Source of the DNA: Candidatus Latescibacterota bacterium
GTDB taxonomy: Bacteria > Latescibacterota > UBA2968
DNA: 64,000 nt
NCBI GenBank assembly: GCA_965207885.1
Contig: OZ242311.1
Span: forward strand, 5,568,001 to 5,632,000
Direction of reading: 5' to 3'
This document shows, piece by piece, positions 1-9,902 of the stretch; the first letter of the stretch is position 1; each line of letters starts with the position of its first letter. The position numbers were made by a program, and so were the translations under genes. The notes beneath the pieces are model-generated. The model made no database searches. It was not told the origin of the DNA and was given only the letters and a program-made list of their open reading frames with translations.

Positions 1-61
1 CACCAGAGGGTATAACGATGCGGAAACCGTATTGGCCTACCTGCACGCCGCACTAAAATAA
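1..61 (+). CDS. possible 3' end of a gene entering the window (TRGYNDAETVLAYLHAALK*)
   Basis: Open frame 2..61 ending in TAA, convergent with the next gene; too short to identify. Confidence 0.3.
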   Translation, partial: TRGYNDAETVLAYLHAALK

Positions 62-122
62 AAAAATCCGCTATAGACCCTCTCGCATCTTACTTAGCGG
101 ATTGGACGGACTTAAAGCTAAC

Positions 123-728
123 CTATTCCCAGAGCCTGCGAACATCGAGGTCAAAATTGGGCAACAGGGGATCGCCAGAAATGGTTTCCGGATCAGACAG
201 ACAAACGACCTCTTCACCTGGACGATAGACATAAACATTTCGCTCTCTCGGATCGATAAGCCAGCCGAGTTGAGCGCCATTATCGATATATTCCTGCATC
301 TTATCTTTTATCGTCTCAAGGCGATCCGTACGAGAAAGCAGTTCGACGACAAAATCGGGACAAATCGGAGCAAACTCCTCCTGCTCATCTACTGAAAGCA
401 CCTCCCATCGCTCTTTTCGAATCCACGCCAGATCGGGAGCACGAACAGCGCCATTGGGAAGCGTAAAACCAGCGGATGAATCAAAACCAAAACCCGTTTC
501 ATCAGATTGCATCCAAATACCAAATTGGACAAGAAGTCCAAAATTCCGCTGCCCAGATTTGCTCCCCGTTGGTGGCATAATAATTATATCTCCATCGCAA
601 TTAAGTTCCATTCTTAAATCAGGATTGGCCTGGCAAAATTCAAAAAACTCATGCCTGTCCATGCGCAATACAGACCCGAAATGAAGCGTAAGAGCATCCT
701 GGCCTGTTTGTAATGCAACCGCACTCAT
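123..728 (-). CDS. Uma2/DUF820 family putative endonuclease
   Basis: Motifs GFTLPNGAVRAPDLAW, PDFVVELLS, GAQLGWLIDP; GGAGG SD upstream. Confidence 0.9.
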   Translation of the reverse strand: MSAVALQTGQDALTLHFGSVLRMDRHEFFEFCQANPDLRMELNCDGDIIIMPPTGSKSGQRNFGLLVQFGIWMQSDETGFGFDSSAGFTLPNGAVRAPDLAWIRKERWEVLSVDEQEEFAPICPDFVVELLSRTDRLETIKDKMQEYIDNGAQLGWLIDPRERNVYVYRPGEEVVCLSDPETISGDPLLPNFDLDVRRLWE

Positions 729-930
729 GGAAAATCCTCCGAATGTAAAAATTAAAAGGGTCTTTTCTGCTTATTCTAAAAAATACTCACAACCCGAACT
801 TTGTGCAACCCGATAAGCGTGTATTTCTCGTACATTCACACCACGGCGAACATCGCCTTGACATCCATAAGAAGTTTTGAAATATTAGGGAATTATATTT
901 CCAACCGAAAACGGGAAGGAGAGCGCAGAA

Positions 931-1296
931 ATGGCCGACCAAAACATACCGACACAAGATCAACAAAACGAATTGTTATTCATGCAATTGGTCATGATGT
1001 TTCAGGGCATGGCATTGCAAAACCTGGGCAAAGTGATGAACCCGGTAACCAACCAGATCGAGCGCAACCTGGAACAGGCCAAAAACATGATTGACATCCT
1101 GGGCATGCTGGACGAAAAAACAAAAGGCAACTTAAACGACAACGAGCAAAGATTAATGGAACACATATTATTTGAACTGCGGATGAATTATGTAGATGAA
1201 CTCAAAAAGGACGACGCATCAGAAGAGCAGACATCAGAAGAGCAAGCAGAAGATAATACCACTGAAAACGAAGCTCCTGAGGAGGAAAAAAATTGA
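931..1296 (+). CDS. DUF1844 domain protein
   Basis: LGKVMNP..NLEQAKNMIDILGMLDEKTKGNL..L.ELRMNYV pattern; acidic tail; AGGAG SD. Confidence 0.85.
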   Translation: MADQNIPTQDQQNELLFMQLVMMFQGMALQNLGKVMNPVTNQIERNLEQAKNMIDILGMLDEKTKGNLNDNEQRLMEHILFELRMNYVDELKKDDASEEQTSEEQAEDNTTENEAPEEEKN

Positions 1297-1805
1297 TCAC
1301 ATCCCAAAAGTGGTCGGCTTGCTGCTTACTCCTCATCATGTATCTACCCTTGAGTTGTGCTTATTACTCCACATCTGCCACGGGCAGTGGTGGCATCCGC
1401 TCCGTCGCTGTACCGCTGCTCGACAATGAAAGTCTCGAAGCCGGTATTCACCAGGCACTAACAGACAGCTTAATTCAGGGATTTGTCTCTGATGGTGCCC
1501 TGCGCGTAGTCGAAGAAGATCAGGCAGATGCCGTATTGCAAGGCACTGTCCTCGAAATCAAAGAAGAACCCTTTACCTATGGCGGTCAAGCGAGTGCCGA
1601 ACAATATCAAATCTCCGTCTATGTAAAAATGGCTTTCTACGACGCGCGGGAAAAACAAACACTCTGGGAAATTGAACGCATGCGCGGCTACGGCATCTAC
1701 GACGCGGCAAGCCAACGCGACCTCGCCCGCACGCAAGGCATCGGCGACGCGCTGCGAATGCTCTCCAAAGATGTCGTAGATCGAACACAAGTAGGAGGAT
1801 GGTGA
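1293..1805 (+). CDS. LptE-family LPS assembly lipoprotein
   Basis: Lipobox LSC; IRSVAVP..N, ADAVLQGTV and TLWE motifs of LptE-like proteins. Confidence 0.7.
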   Translation: MITSQKWSACCLLLIMYLPLSCAYYSTSATGSGGIRSVAVPLLDNESLEAGIHQALTDSLIQGFVSDGALRVVEEDQADAVLQGTVLEIKEEPFTYGGQASAEQYQISVYVKMAFYDAREKQTLWEIERMRGYGIYDAASQRDLARTQGIGDALRMLSKDVVDRTQVGGW

Positions 1806-1808
1806 CGT

Positions 1809-2747
1809 ATGCCTGAAGAAAACGTAATCGTCGATGACTTCATGCAATTGATCGGCGGTACGCCACTAATTCGCTTAAACAACCTGGCGACATCCGACAT
1901 GGCCGAAATCGTCGTCAAAATGGAATCTCTGAATCCGGCTCGCACGGTAAAAGATCGCATAGCCCTATCCATGATCGATGCCGCAGAACGCGACGGACAC
2001 TTAAAGCCCGGCATGACCATCGTCGAGCCAACCAGTGGCAACACCGGCATTGGTCTGGCAATGGTCGCAACCGCGCGAGGTTATCGCCTCATACTAACCA
2101 TGCCCGACTCCATGAGCCGGGAACGACGCGACCTGCTCGAAAGTTACGGCGCCGAATTGATATTAACACCGGGCGACCTCGACATGCCCGGCGCTGTCGC
2201 AGAAGCCGAACGAATCGTCAACGAATCACCCGAAACGACCTTTATGCCGCAACAATTCAACAACCCTGCCAACCCGGAAATACACCGCCAAACCACAGCT
2301 CGGGAAATATTAGAAGCCGTTGACGGTCACCTCGACGCCTTTGTCGCAGGCATAGGCACGGGAGGAACCATCACAGGCGTGGGCGAAGTCTTAAAAGCCG
2401 CATTAGACCATGTGCGCGTAATCGCAGTCGAACCCGCCAAATCCCCAGTCCTATCGGGCGGAGAGCCAGCACTACACGGCATCCAGGGCATCGGCGCGGG
2501 ATTCGTACCCTCCGTACTCAACCGCGACATCTTTGACGCACTTATATGCGTACGCGACGAAGACGCCATCAAAACGGCTCGCAAACTCGGTCGCGAAGAA
2601 GGCATTTTGGCCGGCATATCCGCCGGGGCAAATGTATTCGCCGCCCTGCAAATCGCCCGCGACCTGGGACCGGGCAAGCGGGTCGCAACCATAATCTGCG
2701 ACTCGGGCGAGCGGTACTTCAGCGTACCTGAATTCTTACAAGCATAG
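1809..2747 (+). CDS. cysK: cysteine synthase A
   Basis: IGGTPLIRL, VKDRIA (PLP Lys), EPTSGNTG, GIGTGGT, HGIQGIGAG. Confidence 0.93.
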   Translation: MPEENVIVDDFMQLIGGTPLIRLNNLATSDMAEIVVKMESLNPARTVKDRIALSMIDAAERDGHLKPGMTIVEPTSGNTGIGLAMVATARGYRLILTMPDSMSRERRDLLESYGAELILTPGDLDMPGAVAEAERIVNESPETTFMPQQFNNPANPEIHRQTTAREILEAVDGHLDAFVAGIGTGGTITGVGEVLKAALDHVRVIAVEPAKSPVLSGGEPALHGIQGIGAGFVPSVLNRDIFDALICVRDEDAIKTARKLGREEGILAGISAGANVFAALQIARDLGPGKRVATIICDSGERYFSVPEFLQA

Positions 2748-2776
2748 TTTGAACCCACTTACAACCGGAGATACTC

Positions 2777-3823
2777 ATGAGCAATATCCCCAATTATTTG
2801 AAAAATTACGCCGACCTCTACGCCGACAACCCGCGTGCTGCTGCACTACAATGGTTCCGCGAAGCGCGTTACGGCCTGTTCTTACACTACGGACTCTACT
2901 CTCTAATAGGGCGACACGAATGGGTACAATTGCGAGAACTCATACCCGTTGCCGAATACGCAAAACTCATAGACGACTTCACCGCTGAAAACTTCGATGC
3001 CGAGCGCATCGCGCAATTTGCCGTTGACTGCGAGATGAAATACATCAACATCACCACGCGGCATCACGACTCATTCTGCTTATTCGACACAGCGGAAACG
3101 GACTTTAACAGCACCAATGCCCCAGCGGGCCTCGACTTGATCAAAGAACTGGCCGAAGCGTGTGATCGACACGCACTCGGATTGTGTTTGTACTACTCCC
3201 ATGGACGAGATTGGAAACATCCACATGCCCCCAACAACGACGAATGGGGTGGACAGGCAAGACCCAAATACGACCCGCCCGAACCGAGCTATGCCACTGG
3301 CTCCGCGCACAACCTGCAAATATATCTCGACTTTATGCAGGCGCAAATCACAGAACTACTCACAAATTACGGACCCGTAGCCGCAATCTGGCTGGACGGG
3401 GTTGCCGTTCCCAACAACGGCGACAAAGCAAAATTTAAGAGTCAGGAACTCTACGACTATATCCACAGCGTACAACCACAGGTACTCGTCTCCTACAAAC
3501 AGGGCTTGCTGGGCACCGAAGACTTTCAGGCACCCGAACATCAGGCCGTAGAACAGGCAAACAAACCCATGGAAATCTGCACGACAATGTGTTCTGGACC
3601 AGGAGGAAAAGGCGTATCCTGGGGCTATCTCGCCGAAGGAGGCCACCACAAAACTGAGGAAGAAGTTTGGACGGCACTGACAGCAGCGCGGGAAAGCGGT
3701 TGCAATCTATTGTTAAACACCGGACCCCTGCCTGATGGATCACTCGACGAAAAAGATGTACCAGTACTGCTCGCAGTGGGCGAACGCATTCGCAAAGAGG
3801 GATTTCCCGGAGAAGGAGCCTGA
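2777..3823 (+). CDS. alpha-L-fucosidase (GH29)
   Basis: WFREARYGLFLHYG, TTRHHDSF, ELLTNYG..IWLDG (nucleophile Asp), NLLLNTGP; no signal peptide. Confidence 0.85.
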   Translation: MSNIPNYLKNYADLYADNPRAAALQWFREARYGLFLHYGLYSLIGRHEWVQLRELIPVAEYAKLIDDFTAENFDAERIAQFAVDCEMKYINITTRHHDSFCLFDTAETDFNSTNAPAGLDLIKELAEACDRHALGLCLYYSHGRDWKHPHAPNNDEWGGQARPKYDPPEPSYATGSAHNLQIYLDFMQAQITELLTNYGPVAAIWLDGVAVPNNGDKAKFKSQELYDYIHSVQPQVLVSYKQGLLGTEDFQAPEHQAVEQANKPMEICTTMCSGPGGKGVSWGYLAEGGHHKTEEEVWTALTAARESGCNLLLNTGPLPDGSLDEKDVPVLLAVGERIRKEGFPGEGA

Positions 3824-3827
3824 CTTT

Positions 3828-5783
3828 GTGTCAGTTCAAACAACCGACATACAGGAACCCCAACCCCTGACACAACGATCGCCCTGGTGGGCAATTGCAT
3901 TGGCTGTATTGATCACCGTATCAATCAACGCAATCATACCCTATACCCATCACTACATGCACACCATATCACTGGTCGAAGGCATGATACCGATGGGTAT
4001 TTTTATGCCATTTTTGGTACTGATCTTTATCGTAAACCCCGCGCTGCGCGCTCTGGGATATGCATTACAGCCCTGGGAATTGATTTTCATTTTTGCGGTA
4101 GGCTATGTGAGCATGTCCATCAATGAACTGCTCGGGCGCGTACTGGCAACCTATGCCGTAATGCACTACATGGCAACGCCGGAAAACCTCTGGGAAGAAT
4201 ACGTCTTTGGCCTCGTCCAACCCTATCTCGTAGTCGAAGATGCCAAAGATCAACTGGCCTGGTTTTACGAGGGCTTGCCTCGCAACGCAACGATCCCCTG
4301 GGCAATCTGGATACGCCCCACATTCTGGTGGCTGAGCTTTATCGCTGCGCTCGGCCTGGGATCAGTCGCACTGGCGACAATCCTGCGCCGGCAATGGGTC
4401 GAACAAGAACGATTGCCATTCCCCTTTGCGCAAGTAGCCGAAGAACTCGCCGAAACAGCGGGACCAAAGGGATTTCCCGAATACATGAAACAGCCGCTAT
4501 TCTGGGCTGGCTTTTCCATTCCCGCAGTTATCGTCCTGTGGTACATCATCGGCTACTTCGATCCCAGCTTCCCCGTAATTACCATAGGAATCCAAAATTA
4601 CACGATCTCATTGGGACGGTACGTACCCTTCCTGCACGGGCGGCTCAACTTTTTAATTATTGGATTTGCGTACTTTACCGATCTACAGGTCTTATTTTCC
4701 ATCTGGATATTCTGGGTACTCACCTGGCTTCAAATAGGGATGACCAATCGGCTGGGCCTGGCAGAGGGCCTAGGCGAATTTGCTGGCACGCGACAGCAAG
4801 CACTGGGGGGATTTATCGTCTTTTGTCTGTGGGGATTGTGGATTGCGCGAACCCACATAAAGGCAGTATTTCAACAGGCATTTCGTCAAACAAAAAACAT
4901 GGACGACCAGAACGAATTGATGTCCTACCGCACTGCAGTCGCCACATTTCTCGCCTGTGCTCTATTTGCCATGTTCTGGTTATTCAAAGGAGGGATGACA
5001 CCGTTTTGGGCCGTATTGGTCACGGTGTTCTGGTTTGTTTTTTACACTGGATTTGCCAAAATCGTAGCAATGACCGGACTCGTATTCCTGGAATCGCCCA
5101 GCAGCCTGGGCACCGGCATTATGGGATTCGCACCGCCCGATTCACTGTCGCCAAACACAATTGCCATGCGGCAACAAGTGGGCAGCATGTATCAAAATGG
5201 CAAAAGCTTCACCATGCCCGCTGCCGCCCATGCCGCCCGGTTGAGCATCAACCTGGGCAATCGGGCACGCGTACTGGGCTTGACCATCGCATTTGCATTT
5301 GTATTTTCGCTCATCGCCGCCGCCGCATCGACAATTTATCTGGGCTATACCGACGGCGCATTCAATTTTGGCTCGTACATGTTCCGAGTTGCCGCGCCGC
5401 GTTACTACGACGGCATTGTATCGTCCATCCGCGACATTGGCAAAGAGACCCACTACGGTCTTCGGATGGCATTTACGGCATTTGGCGCGCTGACAATGGG
5501 CATCTTAACCCTCTGCCAATACCGATTCACCTGGTGGCCTCTCCATCCCATCGGCTTTACAGTCGTAACCTTCTATTCGGCGCGCACCGCCATTTTATCC
5601 GTATTTCTAACCTGGCTGATTAAATTTATCATCTTCCGCCTGGGAGGAATCGCGCTGTATCGCAGGGCAAAACCCTTTTTCATCGGCATGATCGTGGGAT
5701 ACACCCTATCGCTCATCGTGAGCATGGGCGTCGATCTCATCTGGTTCCCCGGGCAAGGGCACAATCTGTATTGGGGGGACTAA
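3828..5783 (+). CDS. polytopic membrane protein, DUF6785/DUF6784 type (putative transporter)
   Basis: Many TM helices; RRQWVEQERLPFP, WWPLHPIGF, RRAKPFFIGMIVG; GTG start at 3828 just after the fucosidase stop preferred over 3735. Confidence 0.75.
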   Translation: MSVQTTDIQEPQPLTQRSPWWAIALAVLITVSINAIIPYTHHYMHTISLVEGMIPMGIFMPFLVLIFIVNPALRALGYALQPWELIFIFAVGYVSMSINELLGRVLATYAVMHYMATPENLWEEYVFGLVQPYLVVEDAKDQLAWFYEGLPRNATIPWAIWIRPTFWWLSFIAALGLGSVALATILRRQWVEQERLPFPFAQVAEELAETAGPKGFPEYMKQPLFWAGFSIPAVIVLWYIIGYFDPSFPVITIGIQNYTISLGRYVPFLHGRLNFLIIGFAYFTDLQVLFSIWIFWVLTWLQIGMTNRLGLAEGLGEFAGTRQQALGGFIVFCLWGLWIARTHIKAVFQQAFRQTKNMDDQNELMSYRTAVATFLACALFAMFWLFKGGMTPFWAVLVTVFWFVFYTGFAKIVAMTGLVFLESPSSLGTGIMGFAPPDSLSPNTIAMRQQVGSMYQNGKSFTMPAAAHAARLSINLGNRARVLGLTIAFAFVFSLIAAAASTIYLGYTDGAFNFGSYMFRVAAPRYYDGIVSSIRDIGKETHYGLRMAFTAFGALTMGILTLCQYRFTWWPLHPIGFTVVTFYSARTAILSVFLTWLIKFIIFRLGGIALYRRAKPFFIGMIVGYTLSLIVSMGVDLIWFPGQGHNLYWGD

Positions 5784-6271
5784 ACTTCAAACACCTGCGA
5801 CACCCAATCGGACAATCGGGTATTGAGCGGTTTTAACATCACCAGCGCATCTTCGCGAGGGTGTGTATAATACGCTTTTCTGATCGCTATAGTCTCAAAC
5901 CCCATCTTCTTATAGAGATCGATCGCAGCACAATTGGACATACGCACCTCCAAAGACACCACCTGCGCCATTTTCTCCAACAGATCAAATACAGCTTTCA
6001 GCGTTTTTCTGCCCAGCCCCTTTCTTTGAAAATCAGGCGCAATAGCCAAATTCACCAGATGAAATTCCCGACCAATCAAAAAACCCACAACATAGCCCGC
6101 AATCTCGCACTCGACCATAACCACCCGGCAAAAACTATTTTCGCGATTTCGCGCAAACTCAAAATCGCGGCGTTTCCATGGAGCGGGAAAAACAGCCTTT
6201 TCAATTTTTATAACCTGGTCGAGATGCGCAGGGATCATCTCCACCAGCACGGGTGTCATCGAATTATCCAT
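5780..6271 (-). CDS. rimI: ribosomal protein S18 alanine N-acetyltransferase
   Basis: LAIAPDFQRKGLG, LEVRMSN..AIDLYKKMGF..RKAYY..EDALVM; follows tsaB. Confidence 0.9.
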   Translation of the reverse strand: MDNSMTPVLVEMIPAHLDQVIKIEKAVFPAPWKRRDFEFARNRENSFCRVVMVECEIAGYVVGFLIGREFHLVNLAIAPDFQRKGLGRKTLKAVFDLLEKMAQVVSLEVRMSNCAAIDLYKKMGFETIAIRKAYYTHPREDALVMLKPLNTRLSDWVSQVFEV

Positions 6272-6968
6272 CACCACTCAACCGCGCTTCTCGCACGCGC
6301 TCTGCTTGTGTTCGCCGCAAATAAAAAGGCTCTGCTGTCTCCGCATCATCTACCTCTCCCCGTTCGCAACGCGCCTGCCCCAGCAGCGCAACAGCCCCAG
6401 CAGTGGGGCGACCCAGAGTTGCATTTGCAAAATACGCATCTCGTCCCAACGCATCGACAATAACATCGCGATAAGCCTGGGCACCATCTCCCACCACAGT
6501 CACGGGACGCGGCAGACGCGTGACCCAATTGGAAACCGCATCTGCGCGATCGGGCATTTTCGAAATCGGATCCCCCGCAACGAGATCATATACCCCCGCA
6601 TACACATCGCCTCGCCGGGCATCCAGCATCGGGCAAACGGGCATCCCTTCTACCCCTGTCCCAAAAGCCATACCCGCGAGGGTTGACACGCACACAAACA
6701 CAAGATCCGCACCGCGACACAACCCCTTTGCCAGACCCATACCGATACGCAACCCCGTAAACGAACCGGGACCAGCAGCCACAGCCACGCCATCCAGATC
6801 GCCAACACTTAAACCCACCTCCCGCAACACCATTTCAACCATCGGCTGCAACCGTTCCGAATGATGTGAACCCAATTCCAACGTGTATTCCACAACCACG
6901 CGGGCATCGCAGGCCAAAGCCACACTGCATACCGGTGTCGAAGTCTCAATACCCAAAAATTTTGTCAA
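6264..6968 (-). CDS. tsaB: t6A biosynthesis protein TsaB
   Basis: LGIETST, HSERL, GPGSFTGLRIG, DARRGDVY, EPFYLR; TTG start with GAGGT SD. Confidence 0.93.
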   Translation of the reverse strand: MTKFLGIETSTPVCSVALACDARVVVEYTLELGSHHSERLQPMVEMVLREVGLSVGDLDGVAVAAGPGSFTGLRIGMGLAKGLCRGADLVFVCVSTLAGMAFGTGVEGMPVCPMLDARRGDVYAGVYDLVAGDPISKMPDRADAVSNWVTRLPRPVTVVGDGAQAYRDVIVDALGRDAYFANATLGRPTAGAVALLGQARCERGEVDDAETAEPFYLRRTQAERVREARLSGDG

Positions 6969-7050
6969 CTTGCAATACCTCAAAACAACTTACGTTGCGA
7001 CCCATCTTCCGGCGGAGTCTTCCCCAAATGCAAATACGCCCACGCCGTCG
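6937..7050. repeat. direct repeat copy A of the ruvB 3'/tsaB 5' junction
   Basis: 114 nt matching 7497..7610 with 8 mismatches. Confidence 0.95.
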
Positions 7051-7061
7051 GTGGTGGCGCC

Positions 7062-7457
7062 TCAGGGTTGACCCTTCTCCTCTGCAATCTGGATCAGGTT
7101 GCCGCATGAATCGTCGAAGACTGCGGTAATGACAGTCCCGAGGTCCGTTGGCGGCTGAACGAAGCGCACACCTTTGGCCACGAGGCGCTCGTACTCGGCT
7201 TCGACATCATCAACTGCAAAGCTGGCACTGGGGATCCTGTCCTCCACCATCGCCGTCCTGAATGGACCGACTGCGGGGTGTTCTTCGGGTTCAAGCAGCA
7301 ACTCCGTCCCCTCCGGAGCTTCCTCGGATACGACGGTGATCCAGGCGTTCTTTCCCAGCGGGATGTTGTGCTTGACGCGGAAACCAAGGATCTCCGTGTA
7401 GAATCGAAGCGCCTTCTGCTGGTCGTCCACGAAGACGCTGGTCAGGTTGATTCTCAT
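7062..7457 (-). CDS. VOC/glyoxalase/bleomycin-resistance family protein
   Basis: SVFVDDQQKALRFYTEILGF, FAVDDVEAEYERL, FDDSCGNLIQI. Confidence 0.9.
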   Translation of the reverse strand: MRINLTSVFVDDQQKALRFYTEILGFRVKHNIPLGKNAWITVVSEEAPEGTELLLEPEEHPAVGPFRTAMVEDRIPSASFAVDDVEAEYERLVAKGVRFVQPPTDLGTVITAVFDDSCGNLIQIAEEKGQP

Positions 7458-7496
7458 TTCCCCATGCCCTCCTCTGTTGGGTGTGAAATGTCCTCG

Positions 7497-7610
7497 GTCG
7501 AAGTCTCAATACCCAAAAATTTTGTCAACTTACAATACCTCAAAACAACTTACTTTGTGACCCATCTTCAGGTGGCGTCTTCCCCAAATGCAAATACGCC
7601 CGCGCCGTTG
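7497..7610. repeat. direct repeat copy B (real ruvB end plus a dead tsaB start)
   Basis: Matches 6937..7050. Confidence 0.95.
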
Positions 7611-8565
7611 CCTGACGCCCCCGAGGCGTGCGCACCAGGAACCCCTCCTGAATCAGATAGGGTTCATACACTTCCTCCAGCGTGCCTGTCTCTTCACTCA
7701 GCGCAGCACCCAGATTATTTAAGCCAACGGGACCACCTTCGAATTTATCGATCAGCGTTTCCAACAATCGGCGATCCATTTCATCCAACCCCTTTGCATC
7801 CACCCCCAACAATGCCAGCGCCTTAACCGCAACTTCTTCTGTAATCACCCCATCGGCACGCGCCTGTGCATAATCGCGAGACCGCGACAACTGACGCCCG
7901 GCAATGCGCGCTGTTCCCCGCGACCTGTGGGCAATCACGCGCGCGGCATCCTCTTCAATCTCAATACCCAAAATACGCGCAGCCCTCATCACAATGGCCT
8001 GCAACTCATCCGGAGCATAAAAATCCAGCCGCTCCATCAACCCAAAGCGCGATCGCATCGGCGCTGTGAGCAGTCCCAATCGCGTTGTTGCGCCCACCAT
8101 AGTAAAGGGTTCAAGCGGAATTTGATACGACCTGGCACTCGGGCCGCTATCGATCATAATATCCAGCGTAAAATCCTCCATTGCCGAATACAAATGTTCT
8201 TCTACCACCCGATTCATGCGATGGATCTCATCGATAAACAGCACATCGCGCTCATTCAAATTCGTCAAAATCCCCGCCAGATCAGCCGGGCGCTCAAGCA
8301 CCGGTCCCGATGTCACATGAATTTCAACCCCAAGCTCGTGCGCTATCACATAAGCCAGAGTGGTCTTACCCAGACCGGGAGGCCCGTGCAACAAAATGTG
8401 ATCCATAGCCTCATTGCGATGACGCGCAGCCTCCACGGCAATACGCAAATTCGTCTTCGCCTTTTCTTGCCCGACCATATCGTCAAATCGAATCGGACGA
8501 ATCCGTTGATCGCGCTCAAGTTCGTCACCATCATGAAACTCGGGATCGGTAAATCGTTCATCCAT
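7540..8565 (-). CDS. ruvB: Holliday junction helicase RuvB
   Basis: [42 protein letters not shown]. Confidence 0.97.
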   Translation of the reverse strand: MDERFTDPEFHDGDELERDQRIRPIRFDDMVGQEKAKTNLRIAVEAARHRNEAMDHILLHGPPGLGKTTLAYVIAHELGVEIHVTSGPVLERPADLAGILTNLNERDVLFIDEIHRMNRVVEEHLYSAMEDFTLDIMIDSGPSARSYQIPLEPFTMVGATTRLGLLTAPMRSRFGLMERLDFYAPDELQAIVMRAARILGIEIEEDAARVIAHRSRGTARIAGRQLSRSRDYAQARADGVITEEVAVKALALLGVDAKGLDEMDRRLLETLIDKFEGGPVGLNNLGAALSEETGTLEEVYEPYLIQEGFLVRTPRGRQATARAYLHLGKTPPEDGSQSKLF

Positions 8566-8582
8566 AAAATAGCCTTATGCTG

Positions 8583-9179
8583 CTAAATACTCCTCAATGC
8601 CCGCTTAATCACTTCCTCAATCGGCGCATCGTCGCCTATCTCCTGCAAGACCGTTGCAACAACTTTGCGCGCCTGTACTGGATTCGCGCCCAAACCCGAT
8701 AGAGCAGCAGCGGCTTCGTCTAATACATCGGGATCTGCATCCCCCACGGCATCGGATGTAAAATCTTCTGGCGCAATATCGCCAATTTTATCCTTCATCT
8801 CCAGCACCAGACGCTGCGCGAGTTTTTGACCAATGCCTTTGATGCGCGTCAACCCCCGGGCATCTTCTGCGGCAACCAACCGCCTGAAATCGGCAATGGG
8901 AATACCGGACAAAATTTTCAATGCCATCGGTGGCCCAATACCCGAAACCGCGATCAGGCGCTCAAACAAATCGCGCTCGGACACCGAGGCAAACCCGTAA
9001 AGCGTCATCGCGTCTTCTCGTACATGCAAATGCGTGAGAACTTTTACGCGTCCATCCTCGACCAAAAGCGATTCATAGCTCGACAGTGAAATATTGACGT
9101 GATACCCCACGCCCTGAACATCGACAATAACATGGGTCGGGTGTTTTTCGACCAGTTGCCCTTGTAGAAACGCAATCAT
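8583..9179 (-). CDS. ruvA: Holliday junction binding protein RuvA
   Basis: MIAFLQG, VQGVGY, HLHVRED..LYGF, VSGIGP, IKGIG. Confidence 0.96.
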   Translation of the reverse strand: MIAFLQGQLVEKHPTHVIVDVQGVGYHVNISLSSYESLLVEDGRVKVLTHLHVREDAMTLYGFASVSERDLFERLIAVSGIGPPMALKILSGIPIADFRRLVAAEDARGLTRIKGIGQKLAQRLVLEMKDKIGDIAPEDFTSDAVGDADPDVLDEAAAALSGLGANPVQARKVVATVLQEIGDDAPIEEVIKRALRSI

Positions 9180-9183
9180 TGTA

Positions 9184-9807
9184 TCATCTTCCCCTTCGAT
9201 TCAGACGCCGTCGCAACCTGGCATCCACGCCGATCTCCTTGAGTTTTTCATCAAATCGACTCTGTTCCCTACCGCCCTTTTTCAACGCTTCAATCTTCTC
9301 TGCCAATTTATTTTGCCGTATCCCAGGCCCTCGCACAGCAACCTTCTGATGCGCGTGGCACAGGGCAATCGCCACGGCATCTGTCGCATCAAATCCCTGA
9401 CCCACTGCTTCTTTCCCCAGCAATCGCTGAATCATAAATTGCACCTGTTCTTTGGACGCACTCCCCCGGCCCACAACCGCTCTTTTCACTTCGCGGGGCG
9501 CGTATTCAAAAATGGGCAAATCGGAATTGGCCAGCGCCGTCACAATAGCCCCTCGCGCCTGACACAACTTAATCAACGATTGCGTATTGACACCGTAAAA
9601 AACAGATTCAAGCGCGACTTCATGCGGGCCTGCATCCGCGACCAGCGCGAGCAAGTGGTCGTAGATATAGAGCAAGCGCTGGGGGAAAGACAATTTATTA
9701 CCGGGCCGAATACAGCCGCATTGCAGCAACCGATTTTTTCGGTTCTGGTGCTCAACCAGACCAAAACCGGTTACCACACTGCCCGGATCAATACCCAGAA
9801 TGATCAC
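9184..9807 (-). CDS. ruvC: Holliday junction resolvase RuvC with basic C-terminal extension
   Basis: ILGIDPG, ALE, EYAPREVK..G.GSASKEQV, DATDAVAIALCH; GTG start 9807 with AAGG SD. Confidence 0.93.
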   Translation of the reverse strand: MIILGIDPGSVVTGFGLVEHQNRKNRLLQCGCIRPGNKLSFPQRLLYIYDHLLALVADAGPHEVALESVFYGVNTQSLIKLCQARGAIVTALANSDLPIFEYAPREVKRAVVGRGSASKEQVQFMIQRLLGKEAVGQGFDATDAVAIALCHAHQKVAVRGPGIRQNKLAEKIEALKKGGREQSRFDEKLKEIGVDARLRRRLNRRGR

Positions 9808-9902
9808 GCGAGCCACCTTTTTTGAAGTGTGGAATGGTGTACAACTGGTCGCAGTCCAGACCAGTTCACGAGGAAGTAGGAAGTGTGAAGGGGGAGGGGA
9901 AA

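Noticed and set aside
4328-5623. 431-aa alternative-frame ORF
   Set aside because: Lies wholly inside the membrane-protein gene; no recognisable motifs
7278-7826. 182-aa plus-strand ORF across the VOC/ruvB repeat
   Set aside because: Antisense to two well-supported genes
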